From assembly GCF_013149785.1 (NCBI RefSeq), contig NZ_JABEZU010000001.1, positions 620,001-684,000 of the forward strand: a DNA stretch of 64,000 nt, written 5' to 3'. How positions within the stretch are numbered: position 1 is the stretch's first letter; every line of letters starts with the position of its first letter. The notes beneath the pieces were generated by a model. The model was not told where the DNA came from. It did not search any database and saw only the letters and a list, made by a program, of their open reading frames with translations. This document shows, one piece after another, positions 27,184 to 39,385 of this stretch. Origin of the DNA: Isoptericola halotolerans. GTDB taxonomy: Bacteria > Actinomycetota > Actinomycetes > Actinomycetales > Cellulomonadaceae. Both the position numbers and the translations under genes were made by a program.

Positions 27184-27806
27184 GCACGACGGCGGAGCTC
27201 GCCGCCCGGGCGCGCGGGCTCGTCGCGTCAGGGGAGCGCGCGATCCTCGGGATCGTCGGGGCACCCGGCTCGGGCAAGTCGACGGTGGCGGCGGCGCTGG
27301 TCGAGGAGCTCGGGCCGGAGCTGGCCGTCTGCGTCGGGATGGACGGCTTCCACCTGTCGGACGCGGTGCTGGCCGCGCACGGGTCCCGGCACCGCAAGGG
27401 CGCGATCGACACGTTCGACGACGCCGGGTACGCGGCGCTGATCGCGCGGCTCGCCGACGCCCGCCCCGGTGACCCTCCGGTCTACGCCCCGGTGTTCCGG
27501 CGGGAGATCGAGGAACCGGTCGCCGCCGGTGTCGAGGTGCCGGCCGAGGTGCCGCTGGTCGTCACCGAGGGGAACTATCTGCTCGCGGCGTCGGGCGCCT
27601 GGCCCGCCGCACGGGCCCGGATGGCCGAGGTCTGGTACGTCGAGCTGCCCGACGACGTCCGCCTGGCCCGCCTCGAGGCGCGGCACCGGGCGTTCGGCAA
27701 GAGCGCCGAGGACGCGCGGCGCTGGGCGCGCGGCTCGGACCAGGTCAACACGGAGCTCATCGAGGCGACGCAGGGTGCGGCCGACCTGGTGGTCGGGCTC
27801 TCCTGA
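27180..27806 (+). CDS. P-loop nucleoside/pantothenate-kinase-like protein (FrcK-like)
   Basis: GAPGSGKST, MDGFHL, KGAIDTFD, TEGNYLL; GTGA overlap. Confidence 0.88.
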   Translation: MSTTAELAARARGLVASGERAILGIVGAPGSGKSTVAAALVEELGPELAVCVGMDGFHLSDAVLAAHGSRHRKGAIDTFDDAGYAALIARLADARPGDPPVYAPVFRREIEEPVAAGVEVPAEVPLVVTEGNYLLAASGAWPAARARMAEVWYVELPDDVRLARLEARHRAFGKSAEDARRWARGSDQVNTELIEATQGAADLVVGLS

Positions 27807-27906
27807 CGCGACGGCTCCGGTGCGCGCGGACCTTCCCGGCGCGTGCCGGTGCTGACATCATGGCGCCGGGCCGCGGCTGCGTCCCCGCAGAACGAGGGGA
27901 GACGCG

Positions 27907-28350
27907 GTGCGTGGCGGGACGGTGGTGGCCGGAGCAGTGCTCGCGCTCATGGTGCTGGGCGGTTGCAGCGGCAACATGTGGATCGGGTACGGGCGGGAGT
28001 GCGAGGAGTCCGTCGAGGCGTACGGGGAGGCCCTGAGCGCGGAGGCGGAGCGCCTGGCCGCGGAGCTCGGGGGTGGTGCACCGCACGAGGTGACCTGTGA
28101 CACCGATGGCGGTCCGACGGCGTGGGTGGGCTTCGACCTCGACGCGCCGGGGGCCGTCGACGTCGAGACCGCTGATGCCCGGTTGACGGAGCTGGGGTGG
28201 GTCCCCGAGAGCTCCGAGGAGGAGGCCGGCGGATACCGAGAGCTGTGGTACGCCGCCGGCGACGGAAGCGGCATGGGCCTGATCCTCACGCGGTTCACGA
28301 CCGGCGACGTCCGCGTGAGCGTCCACCGCGGGCCACCGGGCGACGACTGA
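27907..28350 (+). CDS. Hypothetical lipoprotein
   Basis: Hydrophobic stretch + lipobox LGGC; SD GAGGGGA. Confidence 0.6.
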   Translation: MRGGTVVAGAVLALMVLGGCSGNMWIGYGRECEESVEAYGEALSAEAERLAAELGGGAPHEVTCDTDGGPTAWVGFDLDAPGAVDVETADARLTELGWVPESSEEEAGGYRELWYAAGDGSGMGLILTRFTTGDVRVSVHRGPPGDD

Positions 28351-28354
28351 CGGC

Positions 28355-28828
28355 TCACAGCCCGCGGCGCAGCTTCTCCACGAGCGGCTGGATGCGGAAC
28401 GGCACCAGCTCGCCCATCGAGAGGGACGTCTCGGTGCGCTGCACGCCGTCGATGCGCAGGATCGCGGCGTCGATGCGGAACAGGTGATCGGTGTCCCGGC
28501 AGACGACGTGGACGCGCAGGTCCGCTGCTCCGCTGTGCCCGAACGCCTGGATCACCTCGGGGATCTCGGCGAGCTCGGTGACGATCCGGGCGAGCTCCTG
28601 CTGGTGCACGGTGACCTCGATGAAGGCGGTCAGCGGGTGACCGAGCACGGCAGGGTCGATGCACCGGTCGAACTCCCGGAAGGCGCCGGCGTCCTCCAGG
28701 CGGGTCAGCCGGGCGGCCACGGTGTTGCGCGAGATGCCCAGCCGCTGGGCGAGGGCGACCGTCGTGGCGCGCGGGTCCTGCGAGAGGGCCCTCAGCAGTG
28801 CGAGGTCCACGGCGTCGATGCTGTGCAC
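28355..28828 (-). CDS. Lrp/AsnC-family regulator (BkdR-like)
   Basis: DPRATTVALAQRLGISRNTVAARLTRLE, IPEV..SGAADL; divergent from the bkd operon. Confidence 0.92.
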   Translation of the reverse strand: MHSIDAVDLALLRALSQDPRATTVALAQRLGISRNTVAARLTRLEDAGAFREFDRCIDPAVLGHPLTAFIEVTVHQQELARIVTELAEIPEVIQAFGHSGAADLRVHVVCRDTDHLFRIDAAILRIDGVQRTETSLSMGELVPFRIQPLVEKLRRGL

Positions 28829-28859
28829 CCGATCAGCCTATCCGTGATGCGCACCACGT

Positions 28860-28927
28860 TCCGGTCGGCACGTTCGGCTCCGGTCGGCAGCCGCAGTGAC
28901 CGATCGGAGCCGGAGGTGCCGACCGGA
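28860..28927. repeat. REP-like long palindrome, family copy 2
   Basis: TCCGGTCGGCAC..CGGCTCCGGTCGG...CCGATCGGAGCCG..GTGCCGACCGGA. Confidence 0.7.
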
Positions 28928-29102
28928 GCGCTGAGGTCACGAACCGCGCCGGGCTGTGCACTCTGCTCAGCCCGACACCACGCACCAGAGCACTGTGCGT
29001 AGCGTGCCCGACGGCGGTGGTGCGGTGTGACCCAGCCGCGTTACGTTCGCCACATCGGCGCTCGACGAGGAGCGCCGTCTCCGATGCGAGGTGAGGCCAC
29101 CC

Positions 29103-30383
29103 ATGCCCAGCACCACGGATCCGAGGACGCGGCGCCTGTCACGAGCAGGCCACGACTCCTCGGTGGACAGCGCCCACGGCGGCGCGCGCGACCATGCGCC
29201 CGCCACCGCCCGCCCGGCCTCCGCGCGCGAGGGCGTCGACCCCGGGGACGGCACCGTCCGGCTGGTCGACGCCGACGGCGTGCGCCACCCGGACGCGACG
29301 TACGACGCCTGGGTCGAGGACGTCGACCACGCCGCCCTGCTGCGCCTCTACGAGGACATGGTGGTCGTGCGTCGCATCGACACCGAGGCCACCGCCCTGC
29401 AGCGCCAGGGCCACCTCGCGCTGTGGCCCCCGCTGCTCGGCCAGGAGGCCGCCCAGATCGGCTCGGCCCGTGCCCTGGACGTCGACGACTTCGTGTTCTC
29501 CAGCTACCGCGAGCACGGCGTCGCCCACGTGCGTGGCATCGCCGGGGCGGACCTGCTGCGCGTGTGGCGCGGCGTCACCGGCGCCGGGTGGGACCCGCAC
29601 GAGGCCCGGATGGCGCCCATGCAGGTGATCATCGGTGCCCAGGCCCTGCACGCCGTGGGCTACGCCGTCGGGATCCTCGCCGACCAGGAGACCGACGAAC
29701 GGGGCGAGGCCCCGGGCTCCGGTGCCACCGCCGGGGCCGCACCCACCGAGGCCGTCATCTCCTACTTCGGTGACGGCGCGACGAGCCAGGGCGACGTCGC
29801 CGAGGCGTTCACGTTCGCCTCGACCTGGACGGCGCCCGTGGTCTTCTTCTGCCAGAACAACCAGTGGGCGATCTCCGAGCCGGTGTCGCTGCAGTCCAAG
29901 GTGCCGCTCGTCGAGCGTGCCCGGGGCTTCGGCATGCCGGGCGTCCGGGTGGACGGCAACGACGTGCTGGCCGTGCTCGCGGTGACGCGCCAGGCGCTGC
30001 ACCGGGCGCGCACCGGCGGCGGCCCCACCTTCATCGAGGCCGTCACCTACCGCCGCGGGCCGCACACCACGGCCGACGACCCCACCCGTTACCGCACCTC
30101 CGCCGAGATCGAGCACTGGGAGGCGCGCGACCCGGTCGACCGCATCGCCGCCCACCTGCGTGCCGAGGGTGCGCTCGACGACGACGGCGAGGCCCGGGTG
30201 CAGGCCGCTGCCGACGCCGTCGCGGCCGAGCTGCGCGCCGGCGTCACCTCCATCGCGGACCCGTCGTGGCCCGACGTCTTCGCGGACGTCTACGCCGAGC
30301 CGCACGCCGAGCTCGACGCCGAGCGGGACGCCTACGCCCGCTACCTCGACGGCTTCGAGACCTCCGAAGGAGGCGGACGATGA
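29103..30383 (+). CDS. bkdA: Branched-chain 2-oxoacid dehydrogenase E1 alpha
   Basis: ALQRQG, GQEAAQ, SYREHG, TPP motif GDGATSQGD...QNN, GPHTTADDP; specificity inferred from context. Confidence 0.88.
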   Translation: MPSTTDPRTRRLSRAGHDSSVDSAHGGARDHAPATARPASAREGVDPGDGTVRLVDADGVRHPDATYDAWVEDVDHAALLRLYEDMVVVRRIDTEATALQRQGHLALWPPLLGQEAAQIGSARALDVDDFVFSSYREHGVAHVRGIAGADLLRVWRGVTGAGWDPHEARMAPMQVIIGAQALHAVGYAVGILADQETDERGEAPGSGATAGAAPTEAVISYFGDGATSQGDVAEAFTFASTWTAPVVFFCQNNQWAISEPVSLQSKVPLVERARGFGMPGVRVDGNDVLAVLAVTRQALHRARTGGGPTFIEAVTYRRGPHTTADDPTRYRTSAEIEHWEARDPVDRIAAHLRAEGALDDDGEARVQAAADAVAAELRAGVTSIADPSWPDVFADVYAEPHAELDAERDAYARYLDGFETSEGGGR

Positions 30384-31423
30384 CGACGCAGACGATGACG
30401 CTGGCCCAGGGCCTCAACGCCGGCCTGCGGCAGGCGCTGCGCGACGACGACCACGTGGTGCTGCTCGGTGAGGACATCGGCGCCCTCGGCGGGGTCTTCC
30501 GGGTCACGGACGGGCTGCAGCGCGAGTTCGGGCCGCGCCGGGTGGTGGACACGCCGCTGGCGGAGTCGGGGATCCTCGGCACCGCCATCGGGATGGCGTA
30601 CCGCGGGTACCGCTCGGTGGTGGAGATCCAGTTCGACGGGTTCGTCTACGTCGCGTTCGACCAGATCGTCAGCCAGGTCGCCAAGATGCACGCCCGCACG
30701 AGGGGCAAGGTGCCGATGCCGCTGACGATCCGCATCCCCGTCGCCGGCGGAATCGGCGCGGCGGAGCACCACAGCGAGTCCCCGGAGGCGTACTTCGTGC
30801 ACACCGCGGGGCTGCGCGTGGTGTCGGTGTCGAACCCGCAGGACGCCAGCACCGTGCTGCGCCAGGCGATCGCCTGCGACGACCCGGTGATCTTCTTCGA
30901 GCCCAAGCGGCTCTACCACGTCAAGGGCGAGGTCGACCCCGCCGTCGACCTCGCCGACGCCCCGCCCATGAGCGCAGCCCACGTGGTGCGCCCCGGCCGT
31001 GACGTCACCGTCGCCACGTGGGGCTCGCACGTCGCCACCGGCATCGACGCGGCCGAGGCGTACGACGGCGCGTCGATCGAGGTCATCGACCTGCGGTCGC
31101 TCTCGCCGTGGGACGCCGACGCCGTCACCGAGTCCGTGCGCCGCACGGGGCGGCTCGTCGTGGTCCACGAGGGACCACGTCAGGCGGGCGTCGGTGCCGA
31201 GATCTGCGCGACGGTCACCGAGCGGTGCTTCGAGCACCTCGAGGCCCCGCCCGTACGCATCACGGGCCACGACGTGCCCTACCCGCCGGCCAAGCTCGAG
31301 GGACACCACGTGCCCGACCTGGACCGGGTGTGCTTCGCCGTCGACCAGGTGCTGGGCAGGGTGCCGCTCGACGTCCCGACGGTCAGCGCGGCCGTCCGGT
31401 CCGGCGGGGAGATGGCGGCATGA
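30380..31423 (+). CDS. bkdB: Branched-chain 2-oxoacid dehydrogenase E1 beta
   Basis: GEDIG..GGVFR, DTPLAESG, EIQFDGF, EHHSESPE, IDLRSL; ATGA overlap. Confidence 0.9.
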   Translation: MTTQTMTLAQGLNAGLRQALRDDDHVVLLGEDIGALGGVFRVTDGLQREFGPRRVVDTPLAESGILGTAIGMAYRGYRSVVEIQFDGFVYVAFDQIVSQVAKMHARTRGKVPMPLTIRIPVAGGIGAAEHHSESPEAYFVHTAGLRVVSVSNPQDASTVLRQAIACDDPVIFFEPKRLYHVKGEVDPAVDLADAPPMSAAHVVRPGRDVTVATWGSHVATGIDAAEAYDGASIEVIDLRSLSPWDADAVTESVRRTGRLVVVHEGPRQAGVGAEICATVTERCFEHLEAPPVRITGHDVPYPPAKLEGHHVPDLDRVCFAVDQVLGRVPLDVPTVSAAVRSGGEMAA

Positions 31424-31473
31424 GCGCGAGCAGCGAGGCGCGGCAGCGTTCAGGCAAGGAGGACGACTCATGA
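31420..31473 (+). other. MIRU-like intercistronic micro-ORF (17 aa, [17 protein letters not shown])
   Basis: Start overlaps bkdB stop (ATGA) and stop overlaps bkdC start (ATGA). Confidence 0.55.
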
Positions 31474-32914
31474 GCACCCAGGAGTTCCTGCTCCCGGACC
31501 TCGGCGAAGGACTGACCGAGTCCGAGGTGGTCGAGTGGCGCGTGACGCCGGGCGACACGGTGACGCTGAACCAGGTGATCGCCGAGGTCGAGACCGCCAA
31601 GGCGCTCGTCGAGATCCCCTCGCCGTACGCGGGCGTCGTCGCGGTCCTCCACGCGGAGGAGGGGCAGATCGTCGAGGTCGGCGAGCCGCTGGTCACCTTC
31701 GAGCTCGAGACGGCGACCGGCTCGCCTGCCGCCCACGACGGCCCGGCACCTGCGACGGAGGAGCCGGCCGCGTCGCACGAGCTGTCGGCCCCGTCCGGGA
31801 CGCCGACGTCGTCGGCCTCGTCGGAACCGGCGGACGAGGAGGAGTCCCGGCCCAACCTCGTGGGCTACGGGGCCCGCGCGGCCCGTCGCGGCCGCGCGAC
31901 CCGCCGTCCGCGCAAGCCGGTCGCCGTGCCCGGGCCGGCGCCGTCGGACGGGGTGGCCCCGCGGGCCACGGCCACCCGCCGCGCCACCCCGGGGGTCCGC
32001 GCGATGGCCAAGCGGCTCGGTGTCGACCTCACGCAGGTCACCGGCACCGGCACCGACGGGCGCATCTCGCGCGACGACGTGGAGACCGCTGCGCACGGCG
32101 CACCGGGCGCCGGTCCCCGCCGCGTGGAAGCTGCCGAGCACCGCGAGCCGGTGCGCGGCGTGCGCAAGCACACCGCCGCCGCGATGGTCGCCAGCGCCGC
32201 GATCCCGCAGGCCACCGTGCACCTCACCTGCGACGTGACGGCGCTGACCGAGCTGCTGGCGCGCCTGCGCGAGCACCCGCGCACCGCAGGGACCCGCCTG
32301 ACCGTCCTCGCCCTCGTGGCCCGCGCGGTGTGCGCGCTGCTGCCCGACCACCCGGCGCTCGTCACGCGGTGGGAGGAGTCCGACGAGGGCCCGCAGCTCG
32401 TGCGCCCGGCGCACGTGCACCTGGGGATCGCCGTGGCCACGGACCGCGGGCTCGTGGTGCCGCACGTGCCGCACGCCGACGAGCTGTCCCTGGTCGGCCT
32501 GGCCCGGGAGCTCGGCGAGCTCGTCGCGGTCGCCCGCGCCGGACGGACCCGGCCCGAGCGGCTCACCGGCGGCACCCTGACGCTCACCAACGTCGGGGTG
32601 TTCGGGGTCGACGCGGGCACGCCGCTGCTCAACCCCGGCGAGTCGGCCATCCTCGGGATCGGGCGGCTCGCGCGGCGGCCCTGGGAGCACGCGGGCGAGA
32701 TCGCGCTGCGCGAGACGTTGACGCTCAGCCTGACCTTCGACCACCGGGTGGTCGACGGCGAGCAGGGCGCCCGGTTCCTCGCCGACCTCGGGGCGGTGCT
32801 CACCGACCCTGCGCTCGTGCTGCTGCTCGGCGGTTCCGACCGCGCGGACGGCCTGGGCGCCGTCCACGGCTCTGCAGCGACCGGCGACTCCCCAGGACCC
32901 GAGGGGCGGGTCGC

Positions 32915-32918
<4 letters not shown>
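31470..32918 (+). CDS. bkdC: Dihydrolipoamide acyltransferase E2
   Basis: LPDLGEGL, lipoyl [38 protein letters not shown]. Confidence 0.92.
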
Positions 32919-34542
<1,624 letters not shown>

Positions 34543-34546
<4 letters not shown>

Positions 34547-36690
34547 GGCACGTGTTCCCGTCGGTCCTGGTCGCCAACCGCGGCGAGATCGCCTGCCGCG
34601 TGATCGGCACGCTGCGCCGCCTCGGCATCCGCTCCGTGGCCGTGCACGCGGGACCGGCCGGAGGGATCGACGCGCGATCTCGCCACGTGCGCGAGGCCGA
34701 CGTCGCGGTGTCGCTCGGCGGTGAGGTCGGTGCCCGCGCCTACCTGGACGTCGAGGCCGTCGTGGCGGCCGCCGTCGCCACCGGGGCGGAGGCGATCCAC
34801 CCCGGGTACGGCTTCCTGTCGGAGAACCCGGAGCTCGCCCGTGCCTGCGAGCGGGCCGGGATCGTCTTCGTCGGACCGCCGGTCGGCGCGATCGAGGCGA
34901 TGGCCGACAAGGTCGCCGGCAAGCGGATCGTCGCCGAGCGCGGCGTGCCCGTGCTGCCCGGCACGCTCGACGCCTCGCTCGACGACGACGCTCTCGTCGC
35001 CGCCGCGGACGAGGTCGGCTTCCCGCTGCTGGTCAAGCCGGTCGCCGGGGGCGGCGGCAAGGGGATGGTGGTCGTCCGGGCCGCCGCAGCGCTGCCGGAC
35101 GCGCTGGCCTCGGCCCGCCGCGTGGCGACGTCGGCGTTCGGCGACGACGGGCTGCTGCTCGAACGGCTCGTGGACACCCCCCGGCACATCGAGGTGCAGG
35201 TCCTGGCCGACATCCGCGGCGCCGTCGTGCACCTGGGCGAGCGGGAGTGCACGCTGCAGCGCCGCCACCAGAAGATCATCGAGGAGGCGCCGTCGCCCGT
35301 GGTCGACGAGACCACCCGGGACCGCCTCGGCGCGGCCGCCTGCGAGGTGGCCCGCTCGGTGGGGTACGTCGGTGTCGGCACGGTGGAGTTCCTCGTGCCC
35401 GCGGACGCCCCGGACGACTTCGCGTTCATCGAGATGAACACGCGCCTGCAGGTGGAGCACCCGGTCACCGAGATGGTCACCGGCCTGGACCTGGTGGAGG
35501 CGCAGCTGCGGGTCGCCGCCGGCGAGCCGTTGTGGTTCGGCCAGCAGGACGTGCGGATCACGGGCCACGCGATCGAGGCCCGGGTGTACGCCGAGTCGCC
35601 CGCCCGCGGGTTCCTGCCGTCGGTGGGGCGCGTCGAGGTGTTCGACGACGCCGGGGTGGGCGCCGGGCCGCAGGCCTTCCCGCTGCGCCTGGATGCCGGG
35701 ATCCGTGCCGGGGACGAGGTGAGCGGGGACTACGACCCGATGCTCGCCAAGGCCGTCGCCCACGGCGTGGACCGGGACCAGGCGCTGGCCCGGCTCGACG
35801 GGCTCCTGGCCCGCACGGCGGTGCTCGGCGTCGAGACCAACACCGCGTTCCTGCGCGACCTGCTCGCCGACCCGGACGTCCGGGCCGGCAAGCTCGACAC
35901 CGGGCTGGTGGACCGGCTGGTCGTCCCCGCGGAGCCTCCGGGGCCGGCGCGGGACGGGCAGGACGCCGACCTCGACGATGCGGTGGTGGCTGCGGCGATG
36001 CTCGTCGGCACCACCTCGGCCGGCGACGACGGTGGCGCTGGTGACGGCGTCGCGAGCCCCTGGATCCGCGACGGCTGGCGCCTCAACGCCGCACCCGCCA
36101 CCCGTCGGGTCGCCCTGCGCGACGCCGCCGGGACGATCCACGACCTCGAGGCCACCGGGACGCGGGACGCCGCCACGGTGGCGCGCGCACCCGGGGGCCC
36201 CCAGGGGCCGCGGCGTGGCGGGGACGCCTCACGGGCCGACGGCGGCACCCCGGTGCGCGCGTCCCTGCGCCCGGCCGGTGGCGCCCCGCACCGCCGCCTG
36301 CTCACGCTCGACCGACGCACGACGCCGGTCCACGTGCTGCGGCAGGGCGACCTCGTGTGGGTCGCCGCCGCGGGCCGCACCACCGTGCTCACCGTCCTGG
36401 ACCGTGCCGCCCGCGCGGCGCTGCGCCGCAGCGGACGGGTAGCCACGGGCGGACCGGGATCACCGACCGGTCCCACCGAGGTCCGGGCCCAGATGCCCGG
36501 CACGGTGACCGCCACCCATGCCGAAGGACCCGTCCTCGCCGGTGCCGCCGTCGTCGTCGTCGAGGCCATGAAGATGGAGCACCCCCTGCCCGCACCCGCC
36601 GCAGGGACCCTGCGCGTCGTGGTGCACCCGGGCGACCAGGTCCGCCTCGACCAGGTGGTCGCCGTCGTCGAACCCGAAGGAGCGTCATGA
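34543..36690 (+). CDS. Methylcrotonyl-CoA carboxylase biotin carboxylase/BCCP subunit (AccA1/LiuD-like)
   Basis: [57 protein letters not shown]. Confidence 0.92.
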
Positions 36691-37880
36691 TCCCCGACAC
36701 CGCCGCCACCGCCCTGACCGACGAGCAGCGCAAGCTGAGCCAGACGGTGCGCGAGTTCGCCGACGAGGTCGTCGCGCCGGCCGCCTACCGGTACGACACC
36801 GAGCGCCGGCTGCCGATGGAGATCATCGCGCAGATGGGAGAGCTCGGGCTGTTCGGGCTGCCGTTCCCGCGCGACGTGGGCGGGCAGGGCGACGACTACG
36901 TGTCGCTGTGCCTCGCCGTCGAGGCGCTCGCCCGGGTGGACCAGTCGATCGCCGTGACGCTGGAGGCCGGCGTCGGGCTCGGCATCATGCCGATCTTCCG
37001 GCACGGCACCGCCGAGCAGAAGGAACGCTGGCTGCCGGACCTCGTGGCCGGCCGGGCGCTCGCGGCGTTCGGGCTCACCGAGGCCGGCGCCGGCTCGGAC
37101 GCGGGGGCGACGCAGACGACGGCGCGGCTCACCTCGGGCCCGGCCGGGGACGAGTGGGTCATCGACGGCACCAAGCAGTTCATCACCAACTCCGGCACTC
37201 CGATCACCAGCGTCATCACCATCACGGCCGTCACGGGCGAGCGGACCGGTGGCGACGGCGTCGTGCGCCCCGAGCTGTCGTCCATCCTGGTGCCCGCGGG
37301 CACCCCGGGCCTGACGGTCGGCGAGCCCTACGACAAGGTCGGCTGGCACACCTCGGACACCCACCCCTTGCGGCTCGACGGGGTCCGGGTGCCGGCGGCG
37401 AACCTGCTCGGCGAGCGGGGCCGCGGGTACGCGAACTTCCTCCACGTCCTCGACGAGGGTCGCGTCGCGTTCGCCGCTCTGGCCACCGGCGCCGCGCAGG
37501 GGTGCCTGGAGGAGGCGCTGCGGTACGCGAAGGAGCGCACCGTGTTCGGGCGCTCCATCGGGAGCAACCAGCACGTCGCCTTCACCCTCGCGCGGATGCA
37601 GGCGCGCGTGCACGCGGCCCGGCTGTGCTGGTTGGACGCGGCGCTCAAGCTCACCCACGGCAAGCCGTTCAAGGCCGAGGCGTCGGTCGCCAAGCTCACC
37701 GGTGGGGAGGCGGCGATGGCGAACGCCCGGGACGCCTCGCAGATCTTCGGCGGGTACGGGTTCCTCAACGAGAACCCCGTCGCCCGGCACTACCGCGACT
37801 CGAAGATCCTCGAGGTCGGCGAGGGCACCACGGAGGTCCAGCTCATGATCATCGCCCGCGACCTGGGGCTGGCTTCATGA
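36687..37880 (+). CDS. Acyl-CoA dehydrogenase (isovaleryl-CoA/FadE19-like)
   Basis: FGLTEAGAGSDA, GTKQFITNSG, QIFGGYG, ILEVGEGTTEVQ. Confidence 0.92.
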   Translation: MIPDTAATALTDEQRKLSQTVREFADEVVAPAAYRYDTERRLPMEIIAQMGELGLFGLPFPRDVGGQGDDYVSLCLAVEALARVDQSIAVTLEAGVGLGIMPIFRHGTAEQKERWLPDLVAGRALAAFGLTEAGAGSDAGATQTTARLTSGPAGDEWVIDGTKQFITNSGTPITSVITITAVTGERTGGDGVVRPELSSILVPAGTPGLTVGEPYDKVGWHTSDTHPLRLDGVRVPAANLLGERGRGYANFLHVLDEGRVAFAALATGAAQGCLEEALRYAKERTVFGRSIGSNQHVAFTLARMQARVHAARLCWLDAALKLTHGKPFKAEASVAKLTGGEAAMANARDASQIFGGYGFLNENPVARHYRDSKILEVGEGTTEVQLMIIARDLGLAS

Positions 37881-37981
37881 GCGCAACCATGAGTGCCGAA
37901 CAGGACCTTGCGCCCGCTATGGGCCCGTACAGCGGGCCCAGGTTCCTGCTCGGCACCGGGGGGTGGAGGGGCGATGCGTGA
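37877..37981 (+). other. MIRU-like micro-ORF (34 aa) carrying a long hairpin
   Basis: ATGA overlap with the ACAD stop; ends ATGCGTGA over the MaoC start; inverted repeat GTGCCGAACAGGACCT...AGGTTCCTGCTCGGCAC (37893-37956). Confidence 0.55.
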
Positions 37982-38468
37982 CGAGATCCAGCGCGGCCTC
38001 TACTACGACGAGCTCGACGACGGCGTGCGGTACGTGCACCGGCCCGGCCGCACCCTCACCGAGGCCGACAACACGCTGTTCACGTCGGTGACGATGAACC
38101 CGCAGGGCCTGCACCTGGACGCCGCATGGGCGGCCACCCAGCCGTTCGGGCGGCCGCTGATGAACTCCATGCTCACGCTCGCCACCCTGGTCGGGCTCAG
38201 CGTCGCCCACCTCACCAGAGGCACCATCGTGGCGAACCTCGGGTTCACCGAGGTGCGGTTCCCGGCCCCGATGTTCCCCGGCGACACCCTCTACGGGTCG
38301 ACGACGGTGCGCGACCGCCGGCTCTCGGCCTCCCGGCCGGGCACGGGGATCGTCACGCTCGAGCACGTCGGCACCAACCAGGACGACGTCGAGGTCGCCC
38401 GGGCCGTGCGCACCGTCCTGATGTGGACCCGCGCCGGGCACGAGCAGGCCGGGAAGGACGAGCCGTGA
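37974..38468 (+). CDS. MaoC-family (R-specific) dehydratase
   Basis: RGLYYDEL, PGRTLTEADN, MNPQGLHLD, VANLGF, FPGDTL. Confidence 0.9.
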   Translation: MRDEIQRGLYYDELDDGVRYVHRPGRTLTEADNTLFTSVTMNPQGLHLDAAWAATQPFGRPLMNSMLTLATLVGLSVAHLTRGTIVANLGFTEVRFPAPMFPGDTLYGSTTVRDRRLSASRPGTGIVTLEHVGTNQDDVEVARAVRTVLMWTRAGHEQAGKDEP

Positions 38469-39334
38469 CCCCGGAGCCCTTCACCCTCGGACCGGCCCTG
38501 CTGTTCTGCCCGGCCGACCGCCCCGACCGGTTCGCCAAGGCGGCCGAGAGGGCCGACGGCGTGATCCTCGACCTGGAGGACGGCGTCGGACCGGCGTCGC
38601 GGGAGGCCGCCCGCCGGGCACTGCAAGAGCACCCCCTGGACCCCGCGCGGACCATCGTGCGGGTCAACGCCGTCGGCACCCCCGACCACGAGGCGGACCT
38701 GGCGGCGCTCGCCGGCACCGCCTACACGACCGTCATGCTGCCCAAGGCCGACGGCCGGTTCGTCGGTCCGCTGCTGCGGGCCGACGGCGCCCCCTACGCG
38801 GTGGTGGCCCTGTGCGAGACGGCCGCGGGGGTGCTCGCCGCCCCGGCGCTCGCCATGCGGCCCGACGTCGTCGCGCTGGCCTGGGGTGCCGAGGACCTGG
38901 TCGCCTCCCTCGGCGGCACGTCCAGCCGGCGAGCGGACGGCACCTACCGCGACGTCGCCCGGCACGCCCGGTCCGCCGTGCTGCTGGCCGCGGGGGCGGC
39001 GGGCAAGGCCGCCGTCGACGCCGTGCACGTGGACCTGGACGACCTCGACGGGGTGCGCGCCGAGGCCGAGGACGCCGCCGCGTGCGGGTTCACCGCCACG
39101 ATGTGCGTCCACCCGCGGCACGCCGAGGCGGTCCGCGCGGCGTACGCACCCAGCGGCGAGGAGGTGGAGCGGGCCCGGCGCCTGCTCGACGGCGCCGGGG
39201 TGCCGCCCTCGGGCGGTGCGGTACCGGGCGGGGCGGCGCGCGTCGATGGGCAGATGGTCGACGAACCGCTGCTGCGGCACGCGCGCACGGTGCTCGAGCG
39301 GGCCGTGGCAGGAGGGGCCGTCGGCGAGCACTAA
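38465..39334 (+). CDS. CitE-like CoA-ester lyase
   Basis: LLFCPADRPDRF, ILDLEDGV, VRVN, MLPK, CETAAG, WGAEDL, GQMVDEP. Confidence 0.9.
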   Translation: MTPEPFTLGPALLFCPADRPDRFAKAAERADGVILDLEDGVGPASREAARRALQEHPLDPARTIVRVNAVGTPDHEADLAALAGTAYTTVMLPKADGRFVGPLLRADGAPYAVVALCETAAGVLAAPALAMRPDVVALAWGAEDLVASLGGTSSRRADGTYRDVARHARSAVLLAAGAAGKAAVDAVHVDLDDLDGVRAEAEDAAACGFTATMCVHPRHAEAVRAAYAPSGEEVERARRLLDGAGVPPSGGAVPGGAARVDGQMVDEPLLRHARTVLERAVAGGAVGEH

Positions 39335-39385
39335 GGTGCTGTGCGGCGGGCGCCCGGTCCGCCGCGGACGGCAGGGAGGTGCCCG

